Shown here piece after piece: positions 27,188 through 37,529 of a DNA stretch of 37,668 nucleotides. The position numbers and the translations under genes are program-made. Every line of letters begins with the position of its first letter. The stretch's first letter is position 1. Under the pieces are notes generated by a model that saw only the letters and a list, made by a program, of their open reading frames with translations, made no database searches and was not told where the DNA came from. Location: positions 1-37,668 of the forward strand of contig JBFMGU010000089.1 in the NCBI GenBank assembly GCA_040752415.1. The letters run 5' to 3'. The DNA is from Myxococcota bacterium. GTDB taxonomy: Bacteria; Myxococcota; JACRCW01.

Positions 27188-30100
27188 TCACATCGGGCGG
27201 GCGCCCAGCGCCGACGTCGTGGCTTGCGCCTTGAACATCGGGTTGAGGTTGGCGCTGGCGGTGAGCTCCACGCCGGAGAACTCCGCCACCACCAGGCCCG
27301 CCGCGTTCACGAACGCCATGTCCGCCACGCCGTTGTGCGCGGTGACGTCGCGCATGCGGACGTAGCAGGTGATGGGTGCCCCGTTGAGCGGCGCGTACTG
27401 CGCGTAGCTCTTGAAGGCGGAGGGCAGGCTTGCCGCACCCAGCTTGTCCCGCAGCCACAGCACCACCAGCTGCAACGCGCCATCCAGCAGGCCCGGGTCG
27501 GCGCTCCAGGCCGGCGGACCCTGACGGGTGAACGCGCTCGGGGAGGACGGCGTCAACTTCGCCACCATCCCCGCCGGCGAGTACCCGTCGATGGACTGAA
27601 TGACCTGGAACAGCGGACCGTGGAACAGCTGGTCCTGGTAGACCTGCTGCAACGTCAGTCCGTAGCGCTGCGTGGCCAGGTCGCCGGGCTTGGTGAAGCT
27701 CGTCGTCGGGGCCGGCGCATTCGCGTTGAGCCGCACCAGCGCGCGGTAGTTGAGGCGCTGCTTGTCGCCCTCCACCGTGTACAGCGTGGTCTCGACGAGA
27801 CGCGCCTGCGGGCTGGACCCGTGCGCCTCCTCCACCTGCACGCGCACGCGGGTGCTGCGTCCGTCCACGACGACACCCTTCAGCACCTTGAAGTCCTCCA
27901 TCCCCACGAAGTGCATGCCGGGGAAGGAGCTCTTGGCGGTCTCGGCGAACCACTCCATCACCATCATGGCCGGGACCACGGGCTTGCCGCTGAGCTGGTG
28001 GTCCAGCAGGTAGCGGTCCAGCTCGGGGACGACGTCAAACTCGATGCTGCGCGGGAACGGCAGGCCGGCCACCACGCACTCCGCGTCCTCCCCGCGACCC
28101 GCGGCAATCTCCTCGAGGAAGAACTGCACACCGGTGTCCTTGGGGATGGCGCTGATGCCCTGGCGCAGGAAGGCCTGCTCCAGCTCGGGGGTGACCATGC
28201 CGCCCTGCCACGGTCCCCAGCCGATGGAGATGACGTGGCAGCTCGGGCGCAGCGCGCGCAGCTCCACGGCCATCTTGTTCAGCACCTCGTTGGCCATGGC
28301 GTAGTCGGACTGGCCCTTGTTGCCGGTGCGACCCGCGATGGAGCTGAACAGCGCAATGAACTTCAGGTCCTCCTGCGCCGTCGCTGCCAGCAGGGCGTGC
28401 AGCCCCTGCACCTTGGTGTCGAACACGCTGTCAAACTGCGCCACCGTCTTGGCCTCGACGAGCTTGTCGTGGATGACGCCGGCGCCGTGCACCAGGCCGG
28501 AAATCTTCCCGAGCTTCTTCGCCTCGGCCACCACCTTCGCCATCGCGTTGGCGTCGCGCACGTCGACGGAGAAGTACTCCACGCGTGCACCCGCGTTGCG
28601 GATGGATTCCAGCGTCTCGTTGATCTCGCGGGCGCTGGACACCTCGCGGTAGGCGGCCTCCAGCTCGGCGGGGCTGACGTTCCCACCGCGCTCGGTGCGC
28701 ATGCGCTGCAGGATGGCCTTCTTGAGCTCAAACCCCTCGCCCACGCCGTTGTAGAGGTACATCGTCGGCGGAGGCAGCGGAGAGCGACCCACCAGCACCA
28801 GCGTGGGCTTCCACCGCTTGGCCATGCCCACCGCCACGTCGGCGGTCACACCACGCGCACCACCGGTGATGATGACCACGTCGGAGGAACCCAGGCTCAG
28901 CGGTGTCCCGGCGCTCGGGGCGGCGTGCTGCATGGCCAACCCGTGCGTGACCCCGGCGCCCAGGCCCAGCTCCACCGGCCCGTCACGACGGAGAACCTCG
29001 CGCGCCAGCTCCTTGGCCGCGGCCGCGGGAGTCAGCGTGGGGTCCAGGTCAAACGCGCGACACGCCACCTTGCTCCACTCCACGCTGAGCGTCTTGACCA
29101 GGCCGGCCAGACCACCCTGCGGGGAGAAGCCCGCCACGCGACCACCGAGGCCAAACGCGCTGTCCATGGCGGTCACGGTGGAGAACAGGCCGCCCACCTT
29201 CTGCAGCGCCGCGCTCGTCGCCCGGGCCAGGAGGAAGGCGCCACGCAGCTGATCCCGCGTGGTCTCGAGGAGCTCGGTGCCGGTGAGACGGGCAACCGCC
29301 TTGGTCTCACGCAGCGCGGCCATGTGCACCACCGCGCCCACGTTGAGGCCCAGCCCGGTGAGGCCGCTGTTCAGCTTGGTCTCGTCGGTCCAGTCCAGGG
29401 AGGCAATGCGGTACTTGCCCGCCGTCGGCGCCGCGCGCCCCGGCAGGTAGGCCACCACGACGTTCAGGCCCTTCCCCACCAGCTCTTCGGCGAGCGCGGT
29501 GGAGAAGCCCCGACCGTCATCGGTGATCAGGACCGCGTGGTCCGCGGGAAGACGGAGCGCCTGGGTCGCGGACGGCAGCGTCACCGGAGCCACCGTCGTG
29601 CGATACCGACGGATGGGCGGCGCCACCGTCCGCGCGGCGAAAGGGAGCTCCACCGTGGCGGCACTGGGGCCATTGGTCTGGGAGGTTGACGTCGTGGCGG
29701 TGGCGGCCTTGGGAGCCTCAGCGCGCGCCGCCGCTCCCCCGTTTCCCAGGTAGCGCAGGATCTGCTCCAGCGTGTGCATCTCGCCGAGCTTCTCCGTCTC
29801 CACCTTCGGGGCGTCGGGGAACTTCGCTTGCATGGCGCCCAGGATCTCGACGCGCTTGATGCTGTCGATGCCCAGGTCCGCCTCCAGGTCCATGTCCAGC
29901 TTCAGCATTTCGACGGGGTAGCCCGTCTTCTCGCTGACAATCTGCAGCAGCCCGTCCTTCATGGCCCCATTGATGGACCCGGAGGACGTCGTGGCAACGG
30001 GCGCGGTCGCCGGAGCCTGCATCACCTGCGGGACGGCGGGAGCAACCATCGTCGTGGTGGCCACCGCGCCGGCGCCGGCGGTGCTGAGGTACTTCAGGAT

Positions 30101-33100
30101 CTGCTCCAGCGTGTGCATCTCGCCGAGCTTCTCCGTCTCAACCTTCGGCGCATTCGGGAACTTGGCCTGCATGGCGCCCAGGATCTCGACGCGCTTGATG
30201 CTGTCGATGCCCAGGTCCGCCTCCAGGTCCATGTCCAGCTTCAGCATCTCGACGGGATAGCCCGTCTTCTCGCTGACAATCTGGAGCAACCCGTCCTTCA
30301 TGTCGCTGTTGATGGCGCCAGCCGCCACCGGACGCGCCGCGGGAGCGGGAGCCGCCACCGTCGTCGTCGCCGCAGCGGGAGCCGCCGCCATGCCCGCGCT
30401 CAGGTACTTGAGGATCTGCTCCAGCGTGTGCATCTCGCCGAGCTTCTCCGTCTCAACCTTGGGAGCGTTCGGGAACTTCGACTGCATCGCGCCCAGGATC
30501 TCGACGCGCTTGATGCTGTCGATGCCCAGGTCCGCCTCGAGGTCCATGTCGAGCTTCAACATGTCCACGGGGTAACCCGTCTTCTCGCTCACGATCTGCA
30601 GCAGGCCCGCGGACAACTCCGCGCTCGGCACACCCGCAGCGGCCACCGGAGCGCTCACCGTCGTCGCAGCGACGGCAGCGGGAGCGGACCAGCCCTTGGC
30701 CATGTACGAGAGGATCTGCTGCAGCGTGTGCATCTCGCCGAGCTTCTCCGTCTCCACCTTCGGAGCGTTCGGGAACTTCGCCTGCATCGCGCCCAGGATC
30801 TCCACGCGCTTGATGCTGTCGATGCCCAGGTCCGCCTCGAGGTCCATGTCCAGCTTCAGCATGTCCACGGGGTAACCCGTCTTCTCGCTGACGATCTGGA
30901 GCAGCGCGTTGGAGAGCTCACCCTGCGGCACGCCCGCACTCGCCGGCGCGGCGGCCGCCGGAGCCGGAGCAGCGGCGGTCGTCGTCGTGGCGGAGGCGCC
31001 CATACCCGCGGCCAGGTAGTTCAGGATCTGCTGCAGCGTGTGCATCTCGCCGAGCTTCTCCGTCTCAACTTTGGGAGCGTTCGGGAACTTCGCCTGCATC
31101 GCGCCCAGGATCTCCACGCGCTTGATGCTGTCGATGCCCAGGTCCGCCTCGAGGTCCATGTCGAGCTTCAACATGTCCACGGGGTAACCGGTCTTCTCGC
31201 TCACCACCTGCAGCAGTCCGTCGGAGAGCGCGGAGGTGGACACACCCGCGGGCTTGGCCGCCACGGGCGCGGGAGCAGGCTTGGCCACGACGGGCGCGGG
31301 AGCCGGAGCGGGCTTCGCCACGACGGGCGCGGGCGGCGGAGGCGGCGTGTACGTCGGAGCCGGGGGCGGCGTGTACACGGGCGCGGCGACCACGGGCGCG
31401 GGCGGCGGGGCCATGCTGGCAACGGGCGCCTGCAGCTGCGGCGGCACGGTCGGATACACCGTGATGGGCGCGAGCTCGGCGGGAGCCACGGTCACCGTCG
31501 TCGGGACCTGGGAGACCACGCGGGCCTGCGCCTCGAACAACGTGGCAAAGGCGCGGATGGCCTCCTGGTTGGCAAGCAGGAACTGCTGGTGCACCTGCGC
31601 CGTCATCTGCTGCTGCTGCTGGAACACCTGCAACGTGTGCTGCGCGGTCTCAACCCACGTCGAGACCGGACCATTGGGAACGATGGGCTTGCTGGACATC
31701 AACGTGCCTTGCGGCTGCCATGCCGTCATGGCGAGCGCGGGCTGGGCCGACGGAGCCGGACTCGACGCCATCGTGGGCGACAGAGCCGGTGCGGCAGTCT
31801 TGGGAACCATGGAAACCGGGGCCACCGTCGTGGGGGCCGGCGGAGGCGGCGGGGGCGGCGGAGGCGGAGCGGCCTTCACCGTCGCCACCGGAGCCGGAGG
31901 CGGCGGGGGCGGAGGAGGAGGCGCCGCGAGGGCCGGGGCCGGCTTCGCCGTCGTCGTCACCGCGGGGGTCACGGTCGGCTTGTTGGGCGGCAGCGGCTTC
32001 GGGCCGTTCGGGTCGCGCTTCTTGAGGTTGGCGCCGCACAGCTTGATGGCCGTGGGCGAGAGCTTCTCCACCGGCTTCTCCGCCGTGGAGGGCTCACGCG
32101 TCCACACGTAGCTGAGGTCCAGCTGCACGCCGTTGGCGAGGAGCTGACCCGCGGTGAGCTGGAACGCCGTGTCGCCGTGGGTGCGGCCGTTGCCCGCGTC
32201 CATGGAGATGGCGACGTGCGGACGGTCCCCGAGGATGCGGGACACCAGGCCAGTGAGCACCGTCTTGGCGCCCACCTCGACGAACACGCGCGCGCCTTCC
32301 GCGTACATCTCGTTGACCAGGCCCAGGAAGTTCACCGGCTTGACCAGCTGGTCCGCCAGCACGTCCCGACCCTGACCATTGGAGGGATACGGCTTCGCCG
32401 TCGTGTTCGAGTACACCGGGCGCTTCGCCACCTCGAAGCCCGCGGTGCCCAGCGCCTTGGCGAACGGGTCGCGCGCCGCGGCCACGTACGGGCTGTGGAA
32501 CGCCGCACTGACCGGCAACGCCTTGACGCGGAAGCCCGCGGCCTCGGCGGTGGGACGCACCTTCTCCAAGGACTCCACGCTGCCCGCCAGCACGCACTGC
32601 TCGGGGCTGTTGATGTTCGCAATCACCACGTCGGTGTTCCACGACGGGAGCAGCTCGCTGAGCTTCTGCACCGGACCGGTCACCGCGCTCATGCCGCTGC
32701 GCGGGCCGCTGCTGGCCGCCTGCGCCATGGCCATGCCGCGGGTGCGGGAGAGCGAGAGGAACTCGTCGGTGCCCAGCACGCCGGCGGCCCACAGCGCGGT
32801 GAGCTCGCCGTAGGAGTGACCCGCGAAGCAATCACCCTGGAAGCCCAGCTTGCCCAGCAGCTTGTACAGACCCATGGAGAGCGTGCCGAGCGCCGGCTGC
32901 GCCCAACGCGTCTCGGTCAGGCGCGCCTCGTCCTTGTCCGCTTCCTCCTTGGTGAAGGTCGGCGGCGGGAAGACCACCTTGCTGAGCTGCTCCTCGCCCG
33001 CCTGCAGCATCACCTTGTCGGCGTCCTCAAAGGCCTTGCGCACCTCGGGGAAACGCAGGGCCCACTGCAGGCCCATGTTCACGTACTGGCTGCCCTGGCC

Positions 33101-34906
33101 CGGGAACAGCACGCCCACCTTGGGCGCCACCGAGGGATCCGCGCGGTAGCCGTAGAACGCGCTGTTGGGGATGGAGAACGCCGTGGTGGGTGCGCTGGAG
33201 AGGTTCTTGCGCGCGGCCTTGAGGCGCTCCTTCAGCTCCGCCGCATTCGCCGCCACGACGCTGAGGATCGCCTTGTTCTTGCGCACGTCCACCTTCTGGC
33301 TCTGCTGCGCCTCGCGACGGAAGTTCTCGTCGTTGACGCGCGCCTCCAGCGCCTCGGTGGCCTTGATGACGGCATTGGCGTCGTCACCGGCGAACACGAA
33401 GAGGCTGGTGGGCGCGGGCAGGGACAGCGCGGGCTCGCGACCCTCGGGCGGCACGTACTCCTCGAGCACGCAGTGGAAGTTGGTGCCGCCAAAGCCAAAC
33501 GCGCTCACGCCGGCGCGACGCGGGTGGCTCCCCGTCGGACGGAACCACGGGCGCAGCTCGGAGCTGACGTAGAACGGGCTCTTCTCCAGCTCCATCTTCG
33601 GGTTGGGCTCGGTGACCTTGATGGTGGGCGGCAGCACCTTCTCGTGCAGCGCCTTGGCGGTCTTGATGAGACCCGCCACGCCGGCGGTGGCCTTGCTGTG
33701 ACCAATCTGGCTCTTCACCGAGCCAATGGCGCACCAGCGGCCCGTGGGCTTGAACTCACGCAGCACGCGGGTCAGCGCGGTGACCTCGGCAATGTCGCCC
33801 GCCTTGGTGCCCGTGCCGTGCGCTTCCAGCAGCTCCACGCTCTCCGGACCAAAACCCGCCATCGCGTACGCGCGACGCAGCGCCTTGGCCTGCCCGTCGG
33901 GGTTGGGGGCGTAGATGCTCTTGAACTTGCCGTCGGAGGAGGAGCCGATGGCGCGGATGACGCAGTAGACCTTGTCGCCGTCGCGCTCCGCCATGCTCAG
34001 CTTCTTGAGCACCACGATGCCCACGCCCTCGGCGATCAGGATGCCGTCGCCCTTGGCGTCGAACGGACGCGCCTCGTTGGAGGGGCTGAAGGCCGGCGTC
34101 TTGCTGAAGCACATGAACATGAAGACGTCATTGTCCGCGTCCACCGCGCCGGTGAGGCTCAGCTCGGCCGCGCCCGTCTTGATCTCCGCCAGCGCGGTGT
34201 GCGCCGCGGCCAGACCGGAGGCACACGCCGCGTCGACGGTGGCGTTGGTGCCGCCCAGGTTCAGACGGTTGGCAATGCGTCCCGCCACCACGTTCCCGAG
34301 CAGGCCGGGGAAGCTGTTCTCCTCCCAGGTGGGGAACTCCGCGGCAATGGCGGCCACCACGCGCTCCGTCGTGGCGGCGTCCAGCCCCTGCTCCAGGCAG
34401 GCCTTGCGCCACACCGGCGCGCGCAGGCGGTTGTCCAGGCTGCGGGACAGCTCCTGACCACCACCCACGCCGAGAATCACCGAGGTGTGCTCGCGGTTGA
34501 ACTCGCGCTGACCGTTGCCGTAGCCCGCGTCCTCGAGAGCGGCCTTGGCCACCTGCAGGCCCAGCAGCTGGCTGGTGTCGGTGGCGTTCACCACCTGGGG
34601 CGGGATGCCGAAGGCGGCCGGGTCAAAGGTGACCTCGGGGAGGAAGCCGCCGCGCTTGCAGTAGGTCTTGTCCACCGCCTTGGGGTCGGCGCTGTAGTAC
34701 TCGTCAATGGACCAGTGGCTCGCGGGGACCTCGGTGATGCAGTCGACCTTGCCGAGGATGTTGCGCCAGTAGGTCTCGAGGTCGGGCGCCTTGGGGAAGA
34801 GGCCCGCCATGCCAATGATGGCCACCGGCTCGGCTTGCAGGGAGGCCACGGTGGCGCGGGTCACTTCTCCGCCCTTGGACGTGTTGGTGTTGGTGTTGTC
34901 AGTCAT
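27188..34906 (-). CDS. pfaA: PUFA synthase PfaA (Pfa2-type): KS-MAT-5xACP-KR-PKS DH
   Basis: WEENSFPG, DAACAS, EAHGTGT, GHSYGE, AAFHS, five EKTGYP...LGIDSIKRVEIL units, ITGGARGV, DYAMAN, HQLSGKPVVP. Confidence 0.95.
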   Translation of the reverse strand: MTDNTNTNTSKGGEVTRATVASLQAEPVAIIGMAGLFPKAPDLETYWRNILGKVDCITEVPASHWSIDEYYSADPKAVDKTYCKRGGFLPEVTFDPAAFGIPPQVVNATDTSQLLGLQVAKAALEDAGYGNGQREFNREHTSVILGVGGGQELSRSLDNRLRAPVWRKACLEQGLDAATTERVVAAIAAEFPTWEENSFPGLLGNVVAGRIANRLNLGGTNATVDAACASGLAAAHTALAEIKTGAAELSLTGAVDADNDVFMFMCFSKTPAFSPSNEARPFDAKGDGILIAEGVGIVVLKKLSMAERDGDKVYCVIRAIGSSSDGKFKSIYAPNPDGQAKALRRAYAMAGFGPESVELLEAHGTGTKAGDIAEVTALTRVLREFKPTGRWCAIGSVKSQIGHSKATAGVAGLIKTAKALHEKVLPPTIKVTEPNPKMELEKSPFYVSSELRPWFRPTGSHPRRAGVSAFGFGGTNFHCVLEEYVPPEGREPALSLPAPTSLFVFAGDDANAVIKATEALEARVNDENFRREAQQSQKVDVRKNKAILSVVAANAAELKERLKAARKNLSSAPTTAFSIPNSAFYGYRADPSVAPKVGVLFPGQGSQYVNMGLQWALRFPEVRKAFEDADKVMLQAGEEQLSKVVFPPPTFTKEEADKDEARLTETRWAQPALGTLSMGLYKLLGKLGFQGDCFAGHSYGELTALWAAGVLGTDEFLSLSRTRGMAMAQAASSGPRSGMSAVTGPVQKLSELLPSWNTDVVIANINSPEQCVLAGSVESLEKVRPTAEAAGFRVKALPVSAAFHSPYVAAARDPFAKALGTAGFEVAKRPVYSNTTAKPYPSNGQGRDVLADQLVKPVNFLGLVNEMYAEGARVFVEVGAKTVLTGLVSRILGDRPHVAISMDAGNGRTHGDTAFQLTAGQLLANGVQLDLSYVWTREPSTAEKPVEKLSPTAIKLCGANLKKRDPNGPKPLPPNKPTVTPAVTTTAKPAPALAAPPPPPPPPPAPVATVKAAPPPPPPPPPPAPTTVAPVSMVPKTAAPALSPTMASSPAPSAQPALAMTAWQPQGTLMSSKPIVPNGPVSTWVETAQHTLQVFQQQQQMTAQVHQQFLLANQEAIRAFATLFEAQARVVSQVPTTVTVAPAELAPITVYPTVPPQLQAPVASMAPPPAPVVAAPVYTPPPAPTYTPPPPPAPVVAKPAPAPAPVVAKPAPAPVAAKPAGVSTSALSDGLLQVVSEKTGYPVDMLKLDMDLEADLGIDSIKRVEILGAMQAKFPNAPKVETEKLGEMHTLQQILNYLAAGMGASATTTTAAAPAPAAAAPASAGVPQGELSNALLQIVSEKTGYPVDMLKLDMDLEADLGIDSIKRVEILGAMQAKFPNAPKVETEKLGEMHTLQQILSYMAKGWSAPAAVAATTVSAPVAAAGVPSAELSAGLLQIVSEKTGYPVDMLKLDMDLEADLGIDSIKRVEILGAMQSKFPNAPKVETEKLGEMHTLEQILKYLSAGMAAAPAAATTTVAAPAPAARPVAAGAINSDMKDGLLQIVSEKTGYPVEMLKLDMDLEADLGIDSIKRVEILGAMQAKFPNAPKVETEKLGEMHTLEQILKYLSTAGAGAVATTTMVAPAVPQVMQAPATAPVATTSSGSINGAMKDGLLQIVSEKTGYPVEMLKLDMDLEADLGIDSIKRVEILGAMQAKFPDAPKVETEKLGEMHTLEQILRYLGNGGAAARAEAPKAATATTSTSQTNGPSAATVELPFAARTVAPPIRRYRTTVAPVTLPSATQALRLPADHAVLITDDGRGFSTALAEELVGKGLNVVVAYLPGRAAPTAGKYRIASLDWTDETKLNSGLTGLGLNVGAVVHMAALRETKAVARLTGTELLETTRDQLRGAFLLARATSAALQKVGGLFSTVTAMDSAFGLGGRVAGFSPQGGLAGLVKTLSVEWSKVACRAFDLDPTLTPAAAAKELAREVLRRDGPVELGLGAGVTHGLAMQHAAPSAGTPLSLGSSDVVIITGGARGVTADVAVGMAKRWKPTLVLVGRSPLPPPTMYLYNGVGEGFELKKAILQRMRTERGGNVSPAELEAAYREVSSAREINETLESIRNAGARVEYFSVDVRDANAMAKVVAEAKKLGKISGLVHGAGVIHDKLVEAKTVAQFDSVFDTKVQGLHALLAATAQEDLKFIALFSSIAGRTGNKGQSDYAMANEVLNKMAVELRALRPSCHVISIGWGPWQGGMVTPELEQAFLRQGISAIPKDTGVQFFLEEIAAGRGEDAECVVAGLPFPRSIEFDVVPELDRYLLDHQLSGKPVVPAMMVMEWFAETAKSSFPGMHFVGMEDFKVLKGVVVDGRSTRVRVQVEEAHGSSPQARLVETTLYTVEGDKQRLNYRALVRLNANAPAPTTSFTKPGDLATQRYGLTLQQVYQDQLFHGPLFQVIQSIDGYSPAGMVAKLTPSSPSAFTRQGPPAWSADPGLLDGALQLVVLWLRDKLGAASLPSAFKSYAQYAPLNGAPITCYVRMRDVTAHNGVADMAFVNAAGLVVAEFSGVELTASANLNPMFKAQATTSALGARPM
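29755..31215. repeat. Five near-identical ~200-bp ACP-coding repeats
   Basis: Repeated cgcgcttgatgctgtcgatgcccaggtccgcctc blocks separated by Ala/Pro/Thr linkers; boundaries approximate. Confidence 0.92.
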
Positions 34907-34918
34907 CGCGACTCCAGG

Positions 34919-36583
34919 TCAGGCAGCAGGTCCAAAAACTCGGGAGGGGTACTGGAAGGTCTCGTCGGGGACGGGGATGCCCTGCGCGCGCAGGCTCTCG
35001 GCCCGCTGCAGCACCGCGGCACCTTCCAGGAGGTTGCGGGCAATGTTCACCACGTTGCGGTTCTCCGGCTTCTCCAACGGGCCGCCCCGGGCCCAGTCGT
35101 TGAAGGCGCCCATGGCGGGACCGCACCAGATCTGGAAGTCCACCGCGCGCGTCTCGTCGCCCTGGATGGCCCAGCGGCTGGCCAGCCCCAGGTACCAGCG
35201 GAAGCACAACGCCATCTTGTGCTTGGGATTCTCCGCCGCGCGCGTGAGCTGGCGGGGGTCCATCTTCTGCCAGTAGCTCTGCGTCTCCGCCCACACCTCG
35301 TCGACGCTGCGCCGGAACAGCTGCTGCTCCAGCCGCTCCCGCTCCTTGACCGGGATGGCCTCCAGGCTCTCGTACTGGCGGTAGATCTCGTAGAGCTTCT
35401 GGCCGCGCATGGCGAACATGGTGCCGCGCTTGAGCACCTGCACCTTCACGCCCATCTCGAACATGTCGGCGGCGGGCGCCATCATGACGTCGGTCATCTC
35501 GGCCTGCGCCAGGAGCACCTTGCCCTTGGCCGCCAGCCCGCTCTCCAAGGCCGCCTGGTTCACGCTGCCGGTGACGACGTACGCCGCACCCATGCTGAAG
35601 GCCGCCGCGGTGCTGGCCGGAGTGGCAATGCCGCCCGCCGCGCCCACGCGCACGGGGTGACCGCCGGTGCCGCGCGTGCCCAGCCGGTCGCGCAGGTTGA
35701 TGATGAGCGGCAAGAGCCCGACGAGGGGGCGGTTGTCCGTGTGACCGCCGCTGTCCGCCTCGACGGTGATGTCGTCGGCCACGGAGATTTCCCGGCCCAG
35801 CTCGGCTTCCTGCGCGGTGATCTTCCCGGCGGCCAGCAGCTCCTGCACCATCTTCTCCGGCGCGGGCTTCATGAACGCCTGGGCCACCTCGGCGCGGCTG
35901 ATCTTGGCAATCACGCGGTTCGCCGCCACCACGAATCCGTCGGCGCCACGACGCAGCCCGCTCAGGCGGTACTGCACCAGCATGGGGGTGAGCCCCAGGA
36001 ACGCCGCGGCCTCGATGAGGTGCACGCCCCGACGCAGATACAGGTCCACCGTGCCCTGCTCGATGGAAGGCTCGTTGGGGGTGTGGATGAGGTTGAAGCA
36101 GTAGGGCAGGTTGCCCAGCTCACCCTGGATGCGGTCAATGGCCTGCTCGATGCGCTGGTGGCTCAGGCCCGCGGCGCCAAAGCTGCCCATCAGCCCCGCC
36201 TTGCCCATGGCAATGACGATGTCCGCCGAGCCGATGCCATTGGCCATGGCGCCGGTCATGTACGGGTAGCGGACGCCGTGCGCGCGACAGAAGCTCTCGT
36301 CGCCCAGCGTCTCGGCGGAGATGGGCGGGAGCACCGCGTGCAGCGGATAGGAGCCCGCGCCGTTCATGCCGCCACGACCCAGGTGCGCCTCACCACCGAA
36401 CGCCGCGGCGGGGCCGTGCGCGGTGGCGACGATGTACACGAGCTCATTGGAGCGCCGCGCGGCCTGCACCAGTCCGTCGGGTCCCACCACGAGCGCGTTG
36501 GCATCACCGGTCCAGTACCCGATGGGGGGACGGGACAGGGTGCGGGCCGGGGTGGAGCTGGCGGCGGGGGCGGTCACGTTCAT
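34919..36583 (-). CDS. pfaD: PUFA synthase enoyl reductase PfaD (Pfa1-type)
   Basis: GAMANGI, EADSGGHTDNRP, VGAAGGIATP, MAPAADMFEMGVKVQVLKRGTMF, FQIWCGPAMGAFN. Confidence 0.96.
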   Translation of the reverse strand: MNVTAPAASSTPARTLSRPPIGYWTGDANALVVGPDGLVQAARRSNELVYIVATAHGPAAAFGGEAHLGRGGMNGAGSYPLHAVLPPISAETLGDESFCRAHGVRYPYMTGAMANGIGSADIVIAMGKAGLMGSFGAAGLSHQRIEQAIDRIQGELGNLPYCFNLIHTPNEPSIEQGTVDLYLRRGVHLIEAAAFLGLTPMLVQYRLSGLRRGADGFVVAANRVIAKISRAEVAQAFMKPAPEKMVQELLAAGKITAQEAELGREISVADDITVEADSGGHTDNRPLVGLLPLIINLRDRLGTRGTGGHPVRVGAAGGIATPASTAAAFSMGAAYVVTGSVNQAALESGLAAKGKVLLAQAEMTDVMMAPAADMFEMGVKVQVLKRGTMFAMRGQKLYEIYRQYESLEAIPVKERERLEQQLFRRSVDEVWAETQSYWQKMDPRQLTRAAENPKHKMALCFRWYLGLASRWAIQGDETRAVDFQIWCGPAMGAFNDWARGGPLEKPENRNVVNIARNLLEGAAVLQRAESLRAQGIPVPDETFQYPSRVFGPAA

Positions 36584-37290
36584 GCCGGGTTCCTCTGCAT
36601 CTGTTGCGCTGCGGTCTCCTGCTCATCCAGCAGCTCCCGCGCGGTGACGTGGTGGAGTTGGAAGGTGTCGACGGCGGGCAGCAGCCCCAGCCACACGGCG
36701 GCGGCGCTCACATCCTCACCGAACTGTTGCCATGACGCGGTCATGACGCCGGGCGGGGTACCGTCGATGGTGACGGCGCCGGTCACCGGGTCGCGGGTGA
36801 CGCGCGCGGGGTTGCCGGACACGCCGGTGCCCACCGCCTTCATGGCCGCTTCCTTCAGGGTCCACAGCTCGTGCAGGCGGCCGGGGCTGTCGCCCATCCA
36901 GCGCTGCTCGTCGGGGTTGAAGAAGCGGTCCATCAGGGTGCGCTCGCGCGGCGCGTGCACCTCCACGTCCACCCCCACCCGGCCCCGCGGCGTGAAGCCC
37001 ACCAGGAAATGGCCCGAGCTGTGGCTGAGGTTGATGTCGGCGCCACCACGCAGCTCCGGGCGACCGGACGCGGTGACCCGGAACGCGGCCTCGGGGATGG
37101 CGTGGGCGCGCAGGACGTGGCGCAGGAGCGCGCGGCCGGCCAGGAACTCGAAGCGTTTCTCGTCGGAGAGCCAGCGGTCGTGGCGGGCGCGCTCCTCCGC
37201 GGTCAGCCATGCCAGGCTCAACCCGCCCCGCAAAAGTGGCGAGGTCTGGAGCCAGTAGAGGTGCACCTCCAGGGGAGGCGTCAGCGGCAT
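36580..37290 (-). CDS. pfaE: Sfp-type 4'-phosphopantetheinyl transferase (PfaE-like)
   Basis: GRP, NLSHS, VGVDVE and WTLKEAAMKAVG motifs; 4-nt overlap with pfaD; start likely ATG 37290. Confidence 0.9.
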   Translation of the reverse strand: MPLTPPLEVHLYWLQTSPLLRGGLSLAWLTAEERARHDRWLSDEKRFEFLAGRALLRHVLRAHAIPEAAFRVTASGRPELRGGADINLSHSSGHFLVGFTPRGRVGVDVEVHAPRERTLMDRFFNPDEQRWMGDSPGRLHELWTLKEAAMKAVGTGVSGNPARVTRDPVTGAVTIDGTPPGVMTASWQQFGEDVSAAAVWLGLLPAVDTFQLHHVTARELLDEQETAAQQMQRNPA

Positions 37291-37395
37291 GGTCACGGCA
37301 ACCCTTCCCGACCAATGGGGATGGTGCCGATAGCGGAATGCAGGCCCGGTGTGCAAACGCTGCGATGAAGCTCCGGATGAGGTCTTTCTCCCCGG

Positions 37396-37529
37396 TGCGT
37401 AAGGGTTTTCGCGCTTGACGGCTCAATCGGATCCGCCCGGAACGGGACTCTCGGCGGAACCTGGGTGAGCGGGGTGCCTACATGGGTGGGACGCGGGGGA
37501 TCGGGGGGCTGCGTAAGGGGTTACGCGCT
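37396..37529. promoter_or_regulatory. Pair of 20-bp near-identical motifs upstream of the pfa operon (candidate operators)
   Basis: TGCGTAAGGGTTTTCGCGCT (37396-37415) and TGCGTAAGGGGTTACGCGCT (37510-37529), 18/20 identical. Confidence 0.5.

Noticed and set aside
29755..31215. Regularly spaced repeats resembling a CRISPR array
   Set aside because: Units are ~200-bp in-frame ACP domains with coding linkers; no cas genes in the window.
29774..37258. 2494-aa plus-strand ORF (also 24453..27050 and 27224..29689)
   Set aside because: Antisense shadows of pfaA/pfaBC/pfaD/PPTase; their repeats merely mirror the ACP repeats.
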